From contig NC_057719.1 in the NCBI RefSeq assembly GCF_004010195.1, positions 77,640,373 to 77,704,372 of the forward strand: a DNA stretch of 64,000 nucleotides, read 5' to 3'. Below the pieces are notes generated by a model. The model saw only the letters and a list, made by a program, of their open reading frames with translations, ran no database searches and was not told where the DNA came from. Positions within the stretch are counted from its first letter, which is position 1; each line of letters opens with the position of its first letter. Source of the DNA: Chiloscyllium plagiosum. Lineage: Eukaryota. The position numbers and the translations under genes were made by a program. Shown here in pieces: positions 60,022 to 64,000 of this stretch.

Positions 60022-61278
60022 TTTTTTAAATTTTTTCACTTTATGGGCTGTGGGAGTCTGTGGCTGGCCAGCACTTATTGCCCATCTCTAAGTTGCCTTT
60101 GAGAAGGAGAATTTCCCCCCCGACGTGGTCGACGGTGCCCTCCACCGCATCTCCTCCACTTCCCGCTCCTCGCCCTCCTGCACTCTCCATTGAACCAGGG
60201 TTGATCCTCTGGCTTGATGGTAATGGTTGAGTGGGGGTATGCTGGGCCGTGAGGTTACAGATTTTGCTGGAGTACAATTCTGCTGTTGATGGCCCACAGC
60301 ACCTCATGGATGCCCAGTGTTGAGTTGCTAGATCTGATCGAAGTCGGTCCCCTTTAGCAAGGTGATGGTGCCACGTAACATGGAGGTTATTCTCAATATT
60401 GAAAGTGGGACTTCATCTCCACAAGGACTCTGCGGTGGTCACTCTTACTGATAGTATCATGGACAGGTGCATCAGCAGCCAACAAATTAGTAAGAATAGA
60501 GTCAAGTATGCAGGCCCATTCTAGCAGCTATATCCTTTGAGGACCCGACCAGCTCGCTCTGTAGCATTGCTGCTGAGCCACTCTTGGTGGTAGACATTAA
60601 AATCCTCCTACTGGAGTACACTTTGTGCCCTTTCCATCCTCTGTGCTTTCTCTAAGTGTTTCAATATGGAGGAGTACCTATTCATCAACTGAGGGATGAT
60701 GGTACGTGGTAATCAGCAGGAGGTTTCTTTGCCCATATGATTGTAGTGTCTGGGACATTGTCTGTAAGGTATGATTCCATCAGTATGACTATGACAGGCT
60801 ATTGCTTGACTAGTCTGAGACAGATCTCTCAATTTTGGCACTCGCTCCCAGATGTTTCGATGACTTTGCGGGGTCAGTAGGGTTATTTCTGCTGTTGTCT
60901 TTTCCGGTGCCTAGTTTGCTGCCAGGTAATCTGTGTGGTTTCATTACTTTGAGACTTTGTAAAGATTTGTACACTTGAATGGCTTGCTAGACTACTTCTG
61001 AAGGCAGTTGGAAGTCAACCACATTGCTGTGGAGCTGGAGTCACATGTAGGCCGGGCCAGGTGAAGATGGCAGATATTCTTCCCTGAAGGGCATTAGTGA
61101 ACCAGATAGGTTTTTTTTGGCAATCAACAATCAGTAGATTCTTAATTCCAGATTTCTTTTGCATTCAATTCAAATTCCACCATCTGCCATGGTAGGATTC
61201 GAATCTGGGTCCCAGGACAATAGCTGTGTTTCTAGACTAATAATAGAGCGATAATACCACTAGGCAATCACCTATCCC
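60022..61278 (-). mobile_element. Internally deleted LINE with tRNA-like 5' head and APE endonuclease remnant
   Basis: Head has A-box-like TGCCTAGTGG and B-box-like GATTCGAATCC. APE-like LLLITTY, EDFNVYHQEW and SKSDHR follow. The 3' end GGGCAATAAGTGCTGGCC..CCCACAGCCCAT precedes an A-rich tail. Confidence 0.8.
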
Positions 61279-61804
61279 ATTTGCTTTCAACACAAGAGAT
61301 ATTTTGCTTTTCATGTGGTTTGAAGTGACTGTCATTTTGTATTGAAATGATAGAATATTAACTATTAAATGATTTAATAACCTAGTACACTTTTTTCAAA
61401 ATAAGCTTGTTTGAATATTCACTGTTAGATCTGAATTTCTGACACATGAGCTTCAATTTGCGCACATTGTCACTTGTTTGTACTGAGTGTTTTATTTCTG
61501 TGCACATGGCAACTGGTGTCAACCAGATAAAACCAGGCTGATCTTATTCTGGGCTTAATTTTTAAACACTTGTGCTTTCTGAACAAGCTGCTGAAAATAG
61601 TTAATATTTGCAACACACTTGGTAAGGTATCTTAACTAATGGATTTTTACTATCAACATATTCTCAGTTCTTCAATGATTAGATATTCGTTCTCTCTTTT
61701 TTTTCTATTCACTTTATTTTATCTCCGTTGTCTCTCTGATTTCTGGTCCTGGTAATTTTTCTATACCCTACCTCTCTTTTTCCCACTGTTGCTAGGATTT
61801 TACC

Positions 61805-61985
61805 CTTTTTAGTTCACTCATGGGATGTGGGTGTCACTGACTGACCAACATTTATTGCCTGTCCCTAATTGCCCTCAAACATATGGTGATGACCTGCCTT
61901 TTTGAACCATTTCAGTCTATGATCCAAATACATCCACAATACTGTTAGGGAGGGTATTCCAGAATTTTGACTCTGGCTAATGCTT
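61805..61985 (-). mobile_element. 3' end of the same LINE family
   Basis: CATGGGATGTGGGTGTCACTG..CATTTATTGCCTGTCCCTAATTGCCCT. Confidence 0.75.
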
Positions 61986-62679
61986 TGTTCTGCTGTCTCC
62001 AAAGAAGTAACATTTAGTATGAAGTCATCCAAAAGGAAGAGGCATGACGCGAATTGCATATGCATTTTTAGGAATGAGCCAGTTCAACAGGAGCAAAAGA
62101 AGTTGAAGTACGCAAATAATTTTTAAAGAAAACACTTGCACATTCTGCTTCTCATCTTGCTATTTTACCCTATCTCAAAATATTGCAACACACATCTACA
62201 TACTCATACTCAATAACTGCACTCAAGACTTTCTTTCCTAATTGAAAACATAATTAACCACATCTGGATTTACAATTATCCACATGAAAAGTGGGTAACA
62301 TATTGCATAACACTTGCAGGGATTTTGCGTTTACTCCTTGGAATATCTGTGCTTTGTTTGTCACAGGTGAGTTCAGTTGGAGCGCTGGTTAACTCAGTTA
62401 GCTGGATGACTAGTGAATTAATCAAATTAATTCCAAAAACTTGGATTTGATCCTTTTTCTGTCTGAGATAAACTCTGGGACTGCCTCCTTCCCCTAACTA
62501 TGGTTAAAGAGCATGCTGCTTTATTGCTTTGTGGCTTGGCAACAAAAATCTACTTTCATTTAGAGAACGAGAGGAGTGTTGTGAAGCAAAATATTTGGTG
62601 AAGTTATATCAATAACTTCATTCTGTAAAAGGAACAGCTGGTCAGGGTTAGATAAATGTGTAATTGGACTTTGGTTTTG

Positions 62680-64000
62680 GACCATGCTTGGTCCAAATAT
62701 GGACAAAAGAACTGACTTCCAAAGGGAGGCGAGAGTAACTGCCTTTAACATCAGGACAGCATTTGACAAAACAAAATTGGAGTTGATGGGAATTGGAGGG
62801 GCAGTACAAGTGGTGGTGGTGGTGGGAGGGAGGGGGAAGGTGTTTTCTGCTAGTTGGTGCTGTAATCAGTGTAAAGGATGATGGTTGTTAAAGGTGAATC
62901 AACACTCTCTCTCTCAAAGCATCATTGGTAATATTCCAAAGGATAGTATCCTCGACCCAACCATCTTCAGCTGCTGCATCAATTTCCTCCACTGTAAGAT
63001 TAGAAATGGGGATGTTCAATGACCTGCATCATTCTAACTTCAAATGTGATTAGTCTGTGTCCATATGCAACAAGACCTTGTCAACACTTGGTGGGCGGTA
63101 TGGTGGTTCAGTGGTTAGCACTGCTGTCTCACAGCACCAGGGACTCTGGTTGACTCCACTCTCAGGTTGCTGTCTGTGTGGAGATGCATTCTCCCAGTAT
63201 CTTCAAGCGTTTCCTCTGGATGCTCTAGTTTCCTCCCACAGTCTATGATATGCAGTTTAGGTAGCTGTGCTAAATTCCCATAGTATTCAGGAATGTGTTC
63301 AGGTTAGGTGAATTAGCCAGGCGAAATGCAGGGTTACAAGGATGGGGCAAAGGAATGGGCCTGGGTGAGATGCTCTTTGGAGGGTTGGATTCAATGGGCT
63401 GAATGGCTTGCTTCCACACTGAAGGGATTCAGTGATTAGGCTGATAATTGACAGGTAACATTTAAGCTATACAAGGAATGATCATCTCCAATTAGGAAAA
63501 ATATCTCTAACAGTGTCCCCTTTACATTCGATAGTCCTATCATAGTTGAATCTCCCACTATCAACATTACCACACACCAGAAACTGCACTGGACTAACTA
63601 TAATGAATACTATTGTGACAAGAGCAGTCAGAGGCTAGGAATCCTGTAGTGTGTGACTCTCGTACTATCTACAAGCACAAATAAGGAGGCTTGATGGGAT
63701 ACTCCTGACTTGTTCAGGTGAATCCAGCTCAAACAACACCCAAATAATCATTCTCTCCAAAACCAGTGCACAATGACCGTAATGTGTGTCATCTATGAGG
63801 TGCACTGCATTACTAACCAAAGCTCATTTGGTGCATTTCATTCTATGAACTCTACCACCGAGAAAGACAAGGGCAACCACTGCATGCAAATCACTTCACT
63901 TGCTACTTTGACTGCTGGCTACTGACCTTCCAGACTTTGAATTATTACTGTTATTTCAATGTTGCTGGGTCAAATTCCTGAAACTCTTTCTTCCCCCCCC
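62680..64000 (+). mobile_element. LINE RT fragment (likely same family), interrupted by HE1 SINE
   Basis: REARVTAFNIRTAFDK (ALDI..AFD), PKG*YPRP / GSILDPTIFSC-like segment, and GCTGGGTCAAATTCCTGAAACTC near the end, matching 61950-61975 on -. Confidence 0.7.
63093..63437 (+). mobile_element. HE1-type V-SINE, full length, diverged
   Basis: GGGCGGTATGGTGGTTCAGTGGTTAGCACTGCTGTCTCACAGC head, V-domain, and GGCTTGCTTCCACACTG tail. Confidence 0.88.

Overview
Eukaryotic, repeat-dominated vertebrate DNA. The repeat families point to a cartilaginous fish, probably an orectolobiform (bamboo/epaulette-type) shark; this is an inference from HE1/V-SINE copies, CR1 LINEs with (CTCTATGA)n tails, Deu-domain SINEs and abundant Penelope termini. 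No intact host protein-coding exon could be supported, and nearly all ORFs in the track are transposon debris or chance ORFs with TTG/GTG starts. One host gene is visible only as a CpG-island promoter at about 36.6-37.1 kb with a non-coding + strand first exon (donor CAG|GTAAGG after 37032). A possible upstream alternative first exon has a donor after 35038. The rest of the window is probably the first intron, and the gene could not be identified. Mobile elements include many CR1 copies, two decayed Gypsy elements, a two-gene Harbinger fossil (Myb/SANT gene on +, transposase on -), a Rex1/Babar fragment, a Tigger-like MITE, and a LINE with a tRNA-like 5' head whose internally deleted form is a SINE. 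The most striking signal is that several Penelope-like element (PLE) families end in minimal hammerhead ribozyme motifs (CTGANGA - variable stem II - GAAA - 2 nt - TH). Most occur as short fold-back insertions with 12-16 bp target-site duplications (TSDs). A roughly 350 bp inverted duplication also flanks 3.2 kb of the presumed first intron. All coordinates were read by eye; TSD and ribozyme coordinates are exact to my reading, while ends of old repeats are approximate.
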